Origin: an uncultured Ruminococcus sp.
Lineage (GTDB): Bacteria; Bacillota; Clostridia; Oscillospirales; CAG-382
Length of the DNA: 64,000 nucleotides
Reading direction: 5' to 3'
Assembly (NCBI GenBank): GCA_964549435.1
Contig: CAZJVB010000001.1
Location: forward strand, 69,260-133,259
In this document: positions 56,696-64,000 of the stretch, piece after piece
Layout: each line of letters starts with the position of its first letter
Position numbering within the stretch: the stretch's first letter is position 1
The notes under the pieces: model-generated
Seen by the model: the letters and a program-made list of their open reading frames with translations, nothing else
What the model was told of the DNA's origin: nothing
The model's database searches: none
Position numbers and translations under genes: made by a program

Positions 56696-58083
56696 CAGTC
56701 AAAAAGTCCTTGGAGGTATCCTATATAATTACTGCCTACGGCAGATAGTGCGCATTCTGCAAAGAGAACGTCTGTAATTCCCTGTTCCGGAATAAAGGTT
56801 TTCAGATTACATTCAAAATACCGCGCGTCAACGATATAGATTTCCTGAAAAGAGTAAAGCAGATAGGGAGCGAGTGCATTGCCGTAGCTGTCCTTGACGA
56901 TCAGTAACTTGCGTCCGTTGGTGCAGGCATTGGATTCCAGCTTGACTGCATAGGAATCACCGCCAATGAAGGTCAAATACCAACTGGATTTGGCGTCATC
57001 ACTGATATTCAAAAACAAACTGTCTTTTTCAGTAGGATTCTGAAAGCTGTGATTATAGAATGTTGCTCGATATGTGGCGGCTGGTATATAGGTGACAAAG
57101 TCTTCCGGGTTATTCAAGAGGGTGGTATTATAGCCGGTATACTTATACATTGTACCGAGATAACCACTTCTCACTTTCTTTTCATAGGTGGAAAGATCTT
57201 GGAATGGCAATCCGAGATCCGATGCTAATTTTTGTGCTGCATAATATGCGCCGAGTGCTGTCCAATGATGGTCGGTACGGAAATAGATATCTTCTTCGGC
57301 ATGCGCTTTGAGTGTATCATATACGTTAATGGACGTAACCTTGGAGGAAAGGCGCTCCTCGATGGCCTGCAAATCATTTAGCGTTCGATCAGCATAATCC
57401 CCGTAAGTGGCTGATGCTTGGATATAGTATGCGCAGGATTTTGGAATGACCATGGAGTAGACATTGACGTTGGGGAAAGCTTCCGCGAATTGATTCAGCG
57501 TCTGTGCAAAGGTAGGGATACGTTTTAGCGTTCGATCACCGGAATAGATCTCCATTGCGCGTGTTCCGAGAATCAAAATATCATTGCAAAGTTCTTCGTC
57601 AATCTGTCCACTCTGTTCTTCGCTGGAGGTTTCGCTGGAGCTCGTATTTGTGCTGTTGTCGGGTACACTGCTGTCGGTCCCGCTGTTGTCATTGGATAGA
57701 GTTCCCTGACTCTGTGTAGACGACGCGTCGGAGGTGTCGTTATGATTGGAAGTATTTCCGATCACTATTTCCGTTTGACCGTCTTCTGAGCGGATAATCG
57801 TTTCCTTTCCGAACCAATTGCTGATGCGTGCATATAGATCCTTGAAGCGGTCGCGGTTATGAACCGTATCGGTAAAGTAGTCCGCTAACTGTGAAGTATA
57901 GCTTCCGTCCAACAGGGAACTGAAGGAGAACTTCGGCTTTTCGGTCAGTGTATCATAGTCGGAGACTGTCTGCCTCGGCAGAAAAACACAGAATACGAAC
58001 ATAAACAAAAATGTTCCCATGATCAGGAATAGACTGATCAGCTTGGCAAGACGAAGCAGGAATGACGATGTCTTCTTATTCAT
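56695..58083 (-). CDS. DHHW-family protein, N-terminally membrane-anchored
   Basis: An uncleaved-looking TM anchor, a Ser/Thr/Asp/Asn-rich linker, and the DHHW motif (FRTDHHWTALGAYYAAQKL). Confidence 0.8.
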   Translation of the reverse strand: MNKKTSSFLLRLAKLISLFLIMGTFLFMFVFCVFLPRQTVSDYDTLTEKPKFSFSSLLDGSYTSQLADYFTDTVHNRDRFKDLYARISNWFGKETIIRSEDGQTEIVIGNTSNHNDTSDASSTQSQGTLSNDNSGTDSSVPDNSTNTSSSETSSEEQSGQIDEELCNDILILGTRAMEIYSGDRTLKRIPTFAQTLNQFAEAFPNVNVYSMVIPKSCAYYIQASATYGDYADRTLNDLQAIEERLSSKVTSINVYDTLKAHAEEDIYFRTDHHWTALGAYYAAQKLASDLGLPFQDLSTYEKKVRSGYLGTMYKYTGYNTTLLNNPEDFVTYIPAATYRATFYNHSFQNPTEKDSLFLNISDDAKSSWYLTFIGGDSYAVKLESNACTNGRKLLIVKDSYGNALAPYLLYSFQEIYIVDARYFECNLKTFIPEQGITDVLFAECALSAVGSNYIGYLQGLFD

Positions 58084-58107
58084 GGATGATTACCCCCTTT
58101 TTATCAT

Positions 58108-59571
58108 TCAAAAACGGAAATACAGAAACGGATTGTTTTTGGACGAAACCAGCATGATTGTGCAGATGATCAGCATGCCGATACAGCAGATGGAGGATAC
58201 CACCTGTACGCTTGCCTGTACCGGGGCGCTTCTGGTACGCAGGAATTCCTTGATCTTCGGAAGGAGTGGGAAGCAGATCAGCAGCGACAGAAGGAAAATC
58301 CATGCATATTTCATAAAGTAAACGTTGGTGCGCAGTGTTTGGCTGTACGGTCCGGACGTGAATTCGTCTGCACGGAAGAAACCGTTGCCGGAAAATCCGA
58401 ATAGATTTTTGAAAAAGGTGCCCATTTGAGAAAAGAAGCTGCCGAGATTTGAACAATCGTCATAATAGAAAATCCCGAATCCGATGATAATAACGATCTT
58501 ATTGTAGATGTGCATGATAACATCCGGCACTCTTTTCAGACGCTTTTTGCCCAGCTTTTGCTCAATAAAGATGAACAAGCCGAAGTATAGTCCCCACGCA
58601 ATAAAGTTCCAGCTGGCACCGTGCCAGAGACCGGTTGTAAACCAGACCAAAAACAGGGAGAGCCATTGTCTGCGTTTTCCGAAAATCGGAAGATACAGCA
58701 GGTAATCCCGGAAGAAACTCCCGAGAGAAATATGCCAGCGCTGCCAGAATTCCTGAATGGAGCGGCACATGAACGGATAACGGAAGTTTTCGTCAAAATG
58801 AAAGCCGAAAATACGTCCCATGCCGATCGCCATATCGGAATATCCGGAGAAGTCAAAATATACCTGCATGGAATAGGAAATCACGCCTATCCATGTTGCT
58901 GCAACAGAGCTTGTCCCGATCGTCGTAGTCAAATAGTTTTCCGCAATGATCGAAAGGGTATTCGCAAGAACAACTTTTTTGGTTAGACCGATGATCAGAC
59001 GCGAAAAGCCTTCGGTGAGATCAGTCAGGGTAGTTCTGCGATCTTCAATTTCCGATGCAATGGTTGCGTAACGGACGATTGGACCGGCGACCAACTGCGG
59101 AAAGAGAGAGACATATAGGAGAAGCTTGGCGTATTCCTTCTGCACCGGTACTTTTTCCCAATATACATCGATCACATAGGACATGATTTGGAACGTGTAG
59201 AAACTGATGCCCAGCGGCAGAACGACATGGGTGAGGGGAATACCGGTACCGAACCAAGAGTTGATATTTTCAATTACAAAATCCGTGTATTTGAAAATGG
59301 CAAGCATGCCGATATTGTAAATCAGGGAAATAACCAGAGAGAACTTGCAAAGATGGTTACCGCGATTGGCGTCGATGGAGCGTGCCAACAGGAAGTTGAT
59401 CGCTGCACTGAGCAGCAGAAGCACCAATTTGATCGGTTCTCCCCATGCATAAAAGAGCAGGGAAAAGACCAGCAGCACTGCGTTGCGATAGCGAATCTGC
59501 TTGGTAAACAGATAGCAGCCAACACAGAGCGGTAGAAAAACGAACAGAAACAGCAGAAGCGCAAAGTTCAT
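58108..59571 (-). CDS. MBOAT-family membrane O-acyltransferase (DltB/AlgI/PatA-like)
   Basis: 487 aa, polytopic. Catalytic-histidine context EFWQRWHISLGSFFRDYL and a TTGLWHGASWNF motif. Confidence 0.92.
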   Translation of the reverse strand: MNFALLLFLFVFLPLCVGCYLFTKQIRYRNAVLLVFSLLFYAWGEPIKLVLLLLSAAINFLLARSIDANRGNHLCKFSLVISLIYNIGMLAIFKYTDFVIENINSWFGTGIPLTHVVLPLGISFYTFQIMSYVIDVYWEKVPVQKEYAKLLLYVSLFPQLVAGPIVRYATIASEIEDRRTTLTDLTEGFSRLIIGLTKKVVLANTLSIIAENYLTTTIGTSSVAATWIGVISYSMQVYFDFSGYSDMAIGMGRIFGFHFDENFRYPFMCRSIQEFWQRWHISLGSFFRDYLLYLPIFGKRRQWLSLFLVWFTTGLWHGASWNFIAWGLYFGLFIFIEQKLGKKRLKRVPDVIMHIYNKIVIIIGFGIFYYDDCSNLGSFFSQMGTFFKNLFGFSGNGFFRADEFTSGPYSQTLRTNVYFMKYAWIFLLSLLICFPLLPKIKEFLRTRSAPVQASVQVVSSICCIGMLIICTIMLVSSKNNPFLYFRF

Positions 59572-59663
59572 GACAGGAGACCGTCCCTTTCTTGACGCGG
59601 CAGCAAACCGGCAAACATGTTCGGCAGATGAGCTCTCACCGCAACCCCAAAATATACATTCAA

Positions 59664-59692
59664 ATTATATACCAAATGTTGCCGGAAGTCAA
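59664..59692 (-). promoter_or_regulatory. Near-consensus sigma-A promoter (TTGACT-17-TATAAT) for the MBOAT operon
   Basis: Read on the minus strand, about 93 nt upstream of the MBOAT ATG. Confidence 0.6.
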
Positions 59693-59715
59693 TAGAAAAT
59701 AAAGAGGTTCATCAT

Positions 59716-59775
59716 AAAAACCCGGTCTGTTGCTGTGCTTCTCCCGCATTGGGATTTCGCACAGGACAAACCGGG
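59716..59775 (-). terminator. Rho-independent terminator after the P-type ATPase fusion gene
   Basis: Long imperfect hairpin CCCGGTTTGTCCTGTGC...GCACAGCAACAGACCGGG followed on the minus strand by UUUUUAUGAUG. Confidence 0.6.
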
Positions 59776-59799
59776 CTTGCATGGTCCAATCGGGCAGTC

Positions 59800-62700
59800 T
59801 CAGCTGTCTGCGGATTTTTCAATCAAAAGATTCAGCTCCGCTCCGAAGAATAGAATGAACATGCAGATATATAACCAGAGCATGAAAATAATGATGGCGG
59901 CGAGACTGCCGTATATATTCGCATAATTGGAAAAATTATTTACATAAAAGGAAAAGATGAAAGAGAACAGAACCCAGCCGACAGCAGCGATGACTGCTCC
60001 CGGAAATTGGGCTGCAAAGCTGGTTTTCCGATCCGGCAGCACCTTGAACAGCAACGCGAAGAAAAAGGTCAGAAGCAGCAGACCGATCACGAAGCGCAGC
60101 GAGGACAATGCATTCATCAGATTAAAAAGCTCCGGGAACCGTGTGACGAAAAGCCCCGCAATGGAGGTGCCGAACACCATCAGCAACAGTGTGGCAACCA
60201 GAATCAGAATAAATGCCAGCGTGTAGAATACGGAAAGCGCGCGTACCTTCAGCATGCTTCGGCTTTCTTTCACCTCAAAGACGGAATTTAATCCGTCAAT
60301 GATATAGTAGACGCCCTTGGAGGCGGACCATACGACGGCGATCGCAGAAAAGGAGGTCATGATGGAGGAGCCGCTTTCGAAGATATTGCGAACAATGTCA
60401 TCGAACAACCTGCCGACGAGAGAGGGGAACAGACGGGAAAAGTCTCCGATGAACTCTTCCGCTGAAATAGAGAGGAAGCTGGTCAGAGAAAAGACCAAGA
60501 TCAGCAGCGGGACGATCGCAAACAGCATAAAGAATGCTACCTGCGCGGAGCAGGCACCTACACGGTGTGCACTGATTTTACGCGAGAAGTAACGGATAAC
60601 GGTTATCAATCGAATCACATACTTTTCAAGATGCAGCCGCGCATATCCGCTCTGGATCAGCACGGTCAGAAGAAATACCGCGAGGGCTACTGCCAGAGAA
60701 GCGATGCCGATCATGCAGGAACTGAATCTGGTCAGATTCATTTCAAACAGATCTCGGAAGAAAGCAGCGCAGAGCAGATAGACCGCGCCAACCGTAAATA
60801 TCATTGCACTTTTGATACGGTCTAAAGGCTGTGAAACCCATAGCAGACCGCAGATTGCGCAGATCGCGGTACAGTAGGCGCAAACTGTTGAGATGTCTTC
60901 TTGAGGGATCGGGTAAAAGTTGCCGAGCAGAGTGGCGAATACTACGCCCGCTGTGATGGCATTTCCGGCAGGAAGCGCTTTTCCTAATGCGTTGGCAAGA
61001 AAATTTCCCTGAATTCGCTTCTGCGACGGCTGCAGGGAAAGCAGCAGGGAGGGAATGGCGACAGTCAGACTGCTGATCAACGTCAGTTGAATGGGAATAA
61101 ACGGATATGCGCACGGCAGAAAAATAAAAAGAAGGCCGAGCAGAATGGAGTAAACGGTTTTCGTCAGGAACAGCGAAGCGCTTTTTTCCAAATTGTTGAC
61201 TGCACTCCTTCCCTCCGACACCACAGATGGAAGTCCGGTGTAGTCCGAATCCAGCATAATCATATCCGCGACATTGCGCGCCGCGTCCGTACCGTCGTTG
61301 ATTGCGACGGAGCAATCCGCTTCCCGCAGAGCGAGCACGTCGTTTACACCGTCACCGGTCATGGCGACGGTATGTCCGTTTTCCTTCATGGCGCGGATCA
61401 GCAGCTGCTTTTGGACGGGAGTTGCGCGGCCGAATACGGTATAGGCTTCTGCTAATTCACGGTAATCCGCGTTTTCCGGAAACAGAGAGAGATCAAAATA
61501 TTTGTCATAGTCCGGAATGCCGGCTCCCCGTGCGATGCGCGCGACCGTGATCGGGTTGTCGCCGGAGATCAGTTTGATCTGCACGCCCTGACGCAGAAAA
61601 AAGGCGACGGTGTCGGCGGCTCCGGGGCGGATGGTATCGGTCAGCATGACCAGACCGATTGCCTGTCGGTTCTGCGGCAGCGAATCCGTCATTTCACATT
61701 GCTCGGCGAAAGAGACGCAAAGGACGCGGCATTCGGTAGCAAGCGTATTGGCAGCCTGCAAGCGCTCGCTTTCCTTCGATGTCAGCACAAATTCGGGGGC
61801 ACCTAATATATATGCGTCGCCGGTTTCGGAATAGACCGTGCAATACTTCTTTTTGCTGGAAAAGGGGACGGTTTTGACAGCTTTGCGTGTTTTCCGTCCG
61901 CGGCAGTAGCGTTCAATTGCCGCGATGGTTTCGTTACCGGAGGTATTTTCCGCGATCATGGCAAGCGCATCCAGCAGGGGTTCCTGCTCTGTCTGGAACG
62001 GGAGAATGCTGGCGACAGTCAGCTTGCCGTCGGTCAGTGTCCCGGTCTTGTCCAAGCAGAGCGTATCCACGCGCGCCAGCGTTTCCACACTGTAAAGCTC
62101 CTTGACCAGAATCCGTTTCTTGGAAAGACGGAAAACGGCAAGCGCCATAATACCGGATACCAAAAGAATTAACCCTTCCGGAATCATACCGACCATTGCC
62201 GCGACCGTATTGCGCACGGCGGCAGCGATGCTAAAAGAGCGTTGTCTTTGCAAAAAGAAAAACAGGACGGCATATGGAAAAATCAGCAGAGTTACCGTAT
62301 CGATAATACGCCGCAACGCCAAAATGATCTCAGAGGACTTTTTCCGGTATTGCTTTGCGCCTGCAGAGATCTCCTGCAAAAGGCTGTCCGAGCCTACCTG
62401 AATCACTGCGGCGACACATTCCCCGGTAACGAGAAAAGAGCCGGAAAGCAGTGTGTCTCCGTTTGTTTTGTACACTGGCTCACTTTCTCCGGTCAGAAGA
62501 GCCTCGCTCACTTCGCAGTCACCGTAAATCAACGTGCAGCCTGCAGGAATCTGTTCTCCCGGACGAAACAGAACAATATCACCGTATACGAGCTCTTCGG
62601 ATGGGATGCTGCTTTCCTTGCCCTCGCGGCGTACTGTGACCATGGAAGCGGTCATCACCGAGAGCTTGTCCGTTGCCAGTTTGGCACGGATTTCCTGAAA

Positions 62701-62979
62701 GATACCGATGACAACGTTGCAGAAAACAACGCCGAGAAAAAGAGCGTTCTTGAAGGATTGAACCAGAAACAGTGCTGCTGCCATCAGCAGATTGATTAGA
62801 TTGAACAGCGTCATCAGATGTTCACGGACGATACGCGGGATACTTTTGGTTTTCAGGATCGCGGAGCGGTTGTCAAGACCTGCCTCTGTGCGAAGACGGA
62901 CTTCTTCGGCATTCAGGCCGGTCAGAATATCCGGCATTCGGTACTCCGTTTTATTCGGTTGCTTCCTGCGTTTTAGCAT
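59800..62979 (-). CDS. In-frame fusion: cation-transporting P-type (HAD) ATPase (N-terminal ~786 aa) + YihY/BrkB-family membrane domain (C-terminal ~273 aa)
   Basis: A single 1059-codon ORF. P-type motifs TGESEPV, CLDKTGTLT and MTGDGVNDVLAL. From about nt 60621 downwards the sequence is YihY/BrkB-like (AHRVGACSAQVAFFMLFAIVPLLIL ... SLAAIIIFMLWLYICMFILFFGAELN). Confidence 0.85.
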   Translation of the reverse strand: MLKRRKQPNKTEYRMPDILTGLNAEEVRLRTEAGLDNRSAILKTKSIPRIVREHLMTLFNLINLLMAAALFLVQSFKNALFLGVVFCNVVIGIFQEIRAKLATDKLSVMTASMVTVRREGKESSIPSEELVYGDIVLFRPGEQIPAGCTLIYGDCEVSEALLTGESEPVYKTNGDTLLSGSFLVTGECVAAVIQVGSDSLLQEISAGAKQYRKKSSEIILALRRIIDTVTLLIFPYAVLFFFLQRQRSFSIAAAVRNTVAAMVGMIPEGLILLVSGIMALAVFRLSKKRILVKELYSVETLARVDTLCLDKTGTLTDGKLTVASILPFQTEQEPLLDALAMIAENTSGNETIAAIERYCRGRKTRKAVKTVPFSSKKKYCTVYSETGDAYILGAPEFVLTSKESERLQAANTLATECRVLCVSFAEQCEMTDSLPQNRQAIGLVMLTDTIRPGAADTVAFFLRQGVQIKLISGDNPITVARIARGAGIPDYDKYFDLSLFPENADYRELAEAYTVFGRATPVQKQLLIRAMKENGHTVAMTGDGVNDVLALREADCSVAINDGTDAARNVADMIMLDSDYTGLPSVVSEGRSAVNNLEKSASLFLTKTVYSILLGLLFIFLPCAYPFIPIQLTLISSLTVAIPSLLLSLQPSQKRIQGNFLANALGKALPAGNAITAGVVFATLLGNFYPIPQEDISTVCAYCTAICAICGLLWVSQPLDRIKSAMIFTVGAVYLLCAAFFRDLFEMNLTRFSSCMIGIASLAVALAVFLLTVLIQSGYARLHLEKYVIRLITVIRYFSRKISAHRVGACSAQVAFFMLFAIVPLLILVFSLTSFLSISAEEFIGDFSRLFPSLVGRLFDDIVRNIFESGSSIMTSFSAIAVVWSASKGVYYIIDGLNSVFEVKESRSMLKVRALSVFYTLAFILILVATLLLMVFGTSIAGLFVTRFPELFNLMNALSSLRFVIGLLLLTFFFALLFKVLPDRKTSFAAQFPGAVIAAVGWVLFSFIFSFYVNNFSNYANIYGSLAAIIIFMLWLYICMFILFFGAELNLLIEKSADS

Positions 62980-63032
62980 CAGAGTTCCTCTTTAAGTAAT
63001 TCCGCATCCGGAATTTGTAAAAATGTATAAAG

Positions 63033-63061
63033 ATTATAACACTAAAGACAGAAAAATGCAA
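63033..63061 (-). promoter_or_regulatory. Sigma-A-type promoter (TTGCAT-17-TGtTATAAT) for the P-type ATPase fusion gene
   Basis: Its -35 hexamer abuts the -35 of the divergent plus-strand promoter. The leader carries the inverted repeat AATTCCG-CATC-CGGAATT (62998-63015). Confidence 0.55.
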
Positions 63062-63090
63062 TTGACTTTCCGCAAAAAATATGCTACAAT
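63062..63090 (+). promoter_or_regulatory. Sigma-A-type promoter (TTGACT-17-TGcTACAAT) for the hypothetical gene and guaB
   Basis: -35 TTGACT, 17-nt spacer, extended -10. Confidence 0.55.
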
Positions 63091-63144
63091 ATGCAAAATT
63101 ATCAAGTATGGCTTTTGTGCAGGTGGAGAGAAAGGAGACGGACG

Positions 63145-63612
63145 ATGCTTTTCCTGAAAAGTCGATACAGCCCGGAACAGTTGGCGGCTCGCTGGGACGC
63201 ATGTACTTCTCCTGCGCGGTTCGCCGGAAATGACGAGCTTCTGGATACTATCTTTATTGCATCCCGGAAGAAGGATCGTGTCTTCCTGATCCGGAAAGCG
63301 AGTGGGGCGCTGGATCCCTTTGCGACGGTGTTTCGTGGCAGGATTGTTTCCTGCGGCGGAGGCAGCGGTATCAAAGGGCATTTCACCAAGCGCCTTTTCG
63401 ATTACCTTATTTTACTTCTGTTTGCTCTGGCAGATGTTTTTTTCTATTGGCGCGGGATGCGTGCGGGTCCCGTTTCCTCTTCGATGACAGCGGGTTGTAT
63501 AGTGTTTGCAATTATTTTGCTGCTGCTCGCCATACCGCTTCGTTCACCCCGGCGTCGCTACCGTGCATTTCTGGAAGAGATCACTTCTGCAGCTGCTCAT
63601 AACGAAACATAA
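63145..63612 (+). CDS. Hypothetical membrane protein
   Basis: Start at the internal ATG 63145 behind AAAGGAGA. 155 aa with two C-terminal hydrophobic helices. No family recognised. Confidence 0.5.
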   Translation: MLFLKSRYSPEQLAARWDACTSPARFAGNDELLDTIFIASRKKDRVFLIRKASGALDPFATVFRGRIVSCGGGSGIKGHFTKRLFDYLILLLFALADVFFYWRGMRAGPVSSSMTAGCIVFAIILLLLAIPLRSPRRRYRAFLEEITSAAAHNET

Positions 63613-63633
63613 ATTGTAAAGGAGATATTCATA

Positions 63634-64000
63634 ATGATGGATTACCAGGAAAAATTCGGAAAAGAGGGGCTCACTTACGACGATGTGCTGCTGGTTCCTG
63701 CGGAGAGTCACGTGCTTCCCGCAGATGTCGATACCTCTGCTCAGCTGACTCCCAAAATCCGGCTGAATATTCCGCTGATCACTGCGGCCATGGATACGGT
63801 GACGGAATCAAGGATGGCGATTGCCATGGCGCGTGAGGGCGGGATTGGTGTAATCCATAAAAATATGTCGATTGCGGATCAGGCGGATCAGGTGCAGCGG
63901 GTAAAGCGCAGTGAAAGCGGCGTTATTAACGATCCGATCTTTCTTTCCGGTGATCACTTGGTCAGTGATGCGCTTGTTCTAATGAATAAATACCGAATCT
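63634..64000 (+). CDS. guaB: IMP dehydrogenase, N-terminal part (3' end outside window)
   Basis: Not in the ORF track because it is truncated. ATG at 63634 behind GGAGA. The translation [29 protein letters not shown]...[28 protein letters not shown] is typical of IMPDH. Confidence 0.93.
   Translation, partial: MMDYQEKFGKEGLTYDDVLLVPAESHVLPADVDTSAQLTPKIRLNIPLITAAMDTVTESRMAIAMAREGGIGVIHKNMSIADQADQVQRVKRSESGVINDPIFLSGDHLVSDALVLMNKYRI

Noticed and set aside
1-64000. Search by eye for CRISPR arrays, tRNA/rRNA genes, IS elements, integrases, phage or plasmid modules, toxin-antitoxin pairs and known defence systems
   Set aside because: No intergenic gap exceeds ~390 nt, and none contains regularly spaced repeats or tRNA-like sequence. 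No ORF shows transposase, recombinase, nuclease-helicase defence or TA signatures. A tRNAscan/Infernal and defence-system HMM scan would be needed to be definitive.

Overview
This is a densely coding 64-kb piece of a Gram-positive, Clostridia-like chromosome. The taxon is an inference from gene content, GGAGG-type ribosome-binding sites and sigma-A-type promoters. I call 53 protein-coding genes plus one very tentative tiny ORF. By eye I saw no rRNA, tRNA, CRISPR array, transposase, integrase or phage gene. Most of the window is core housekeeping: gatA (partial)-gatB, metA, tsaC-coaE, murC, rpmB, gap, a translationally coupled CPBP-tadA-metG-tatD-radical SAM chain, pth-mfd-parvulin foldase, clpB behind a near-perfect CIRCE operator, nifS-nifU, a nine-gene V-type ATPase operon, typA and guaB (partial). 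The stand-out is a five-gene minus-strand operon at 53411-59571: an MBOAT acyltransferase, two extracytoplasmic DHHW proteins, an FkbH-like HAD-IIIC/GNAT protein and an 80-aa carrier protein. It has the logic of the Dlt D-alanylation pathway but lacks DltA and seems to use a different carrier-protein loader. Other items worth a second look are an in-frame P-type ATPase::YihY/BrkB fusion (59800-62979), a compact promoter-tiny ORF-terminator unit in the leader of a PF09818-type ABC-class ATPase gene (34935-35127), two translationally coupled RimK-type ATP-grasp ligases upstream of the V-ATPase operon, an orphan HPr-kinase-C-terminal-like P-loop protein, and a 901-aa lipoprotein combining a solute-binding-like domain with a long acidic helical tail. 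All functional calls rest on by-eye motif and family recognition. No database search or folding computation was possible.
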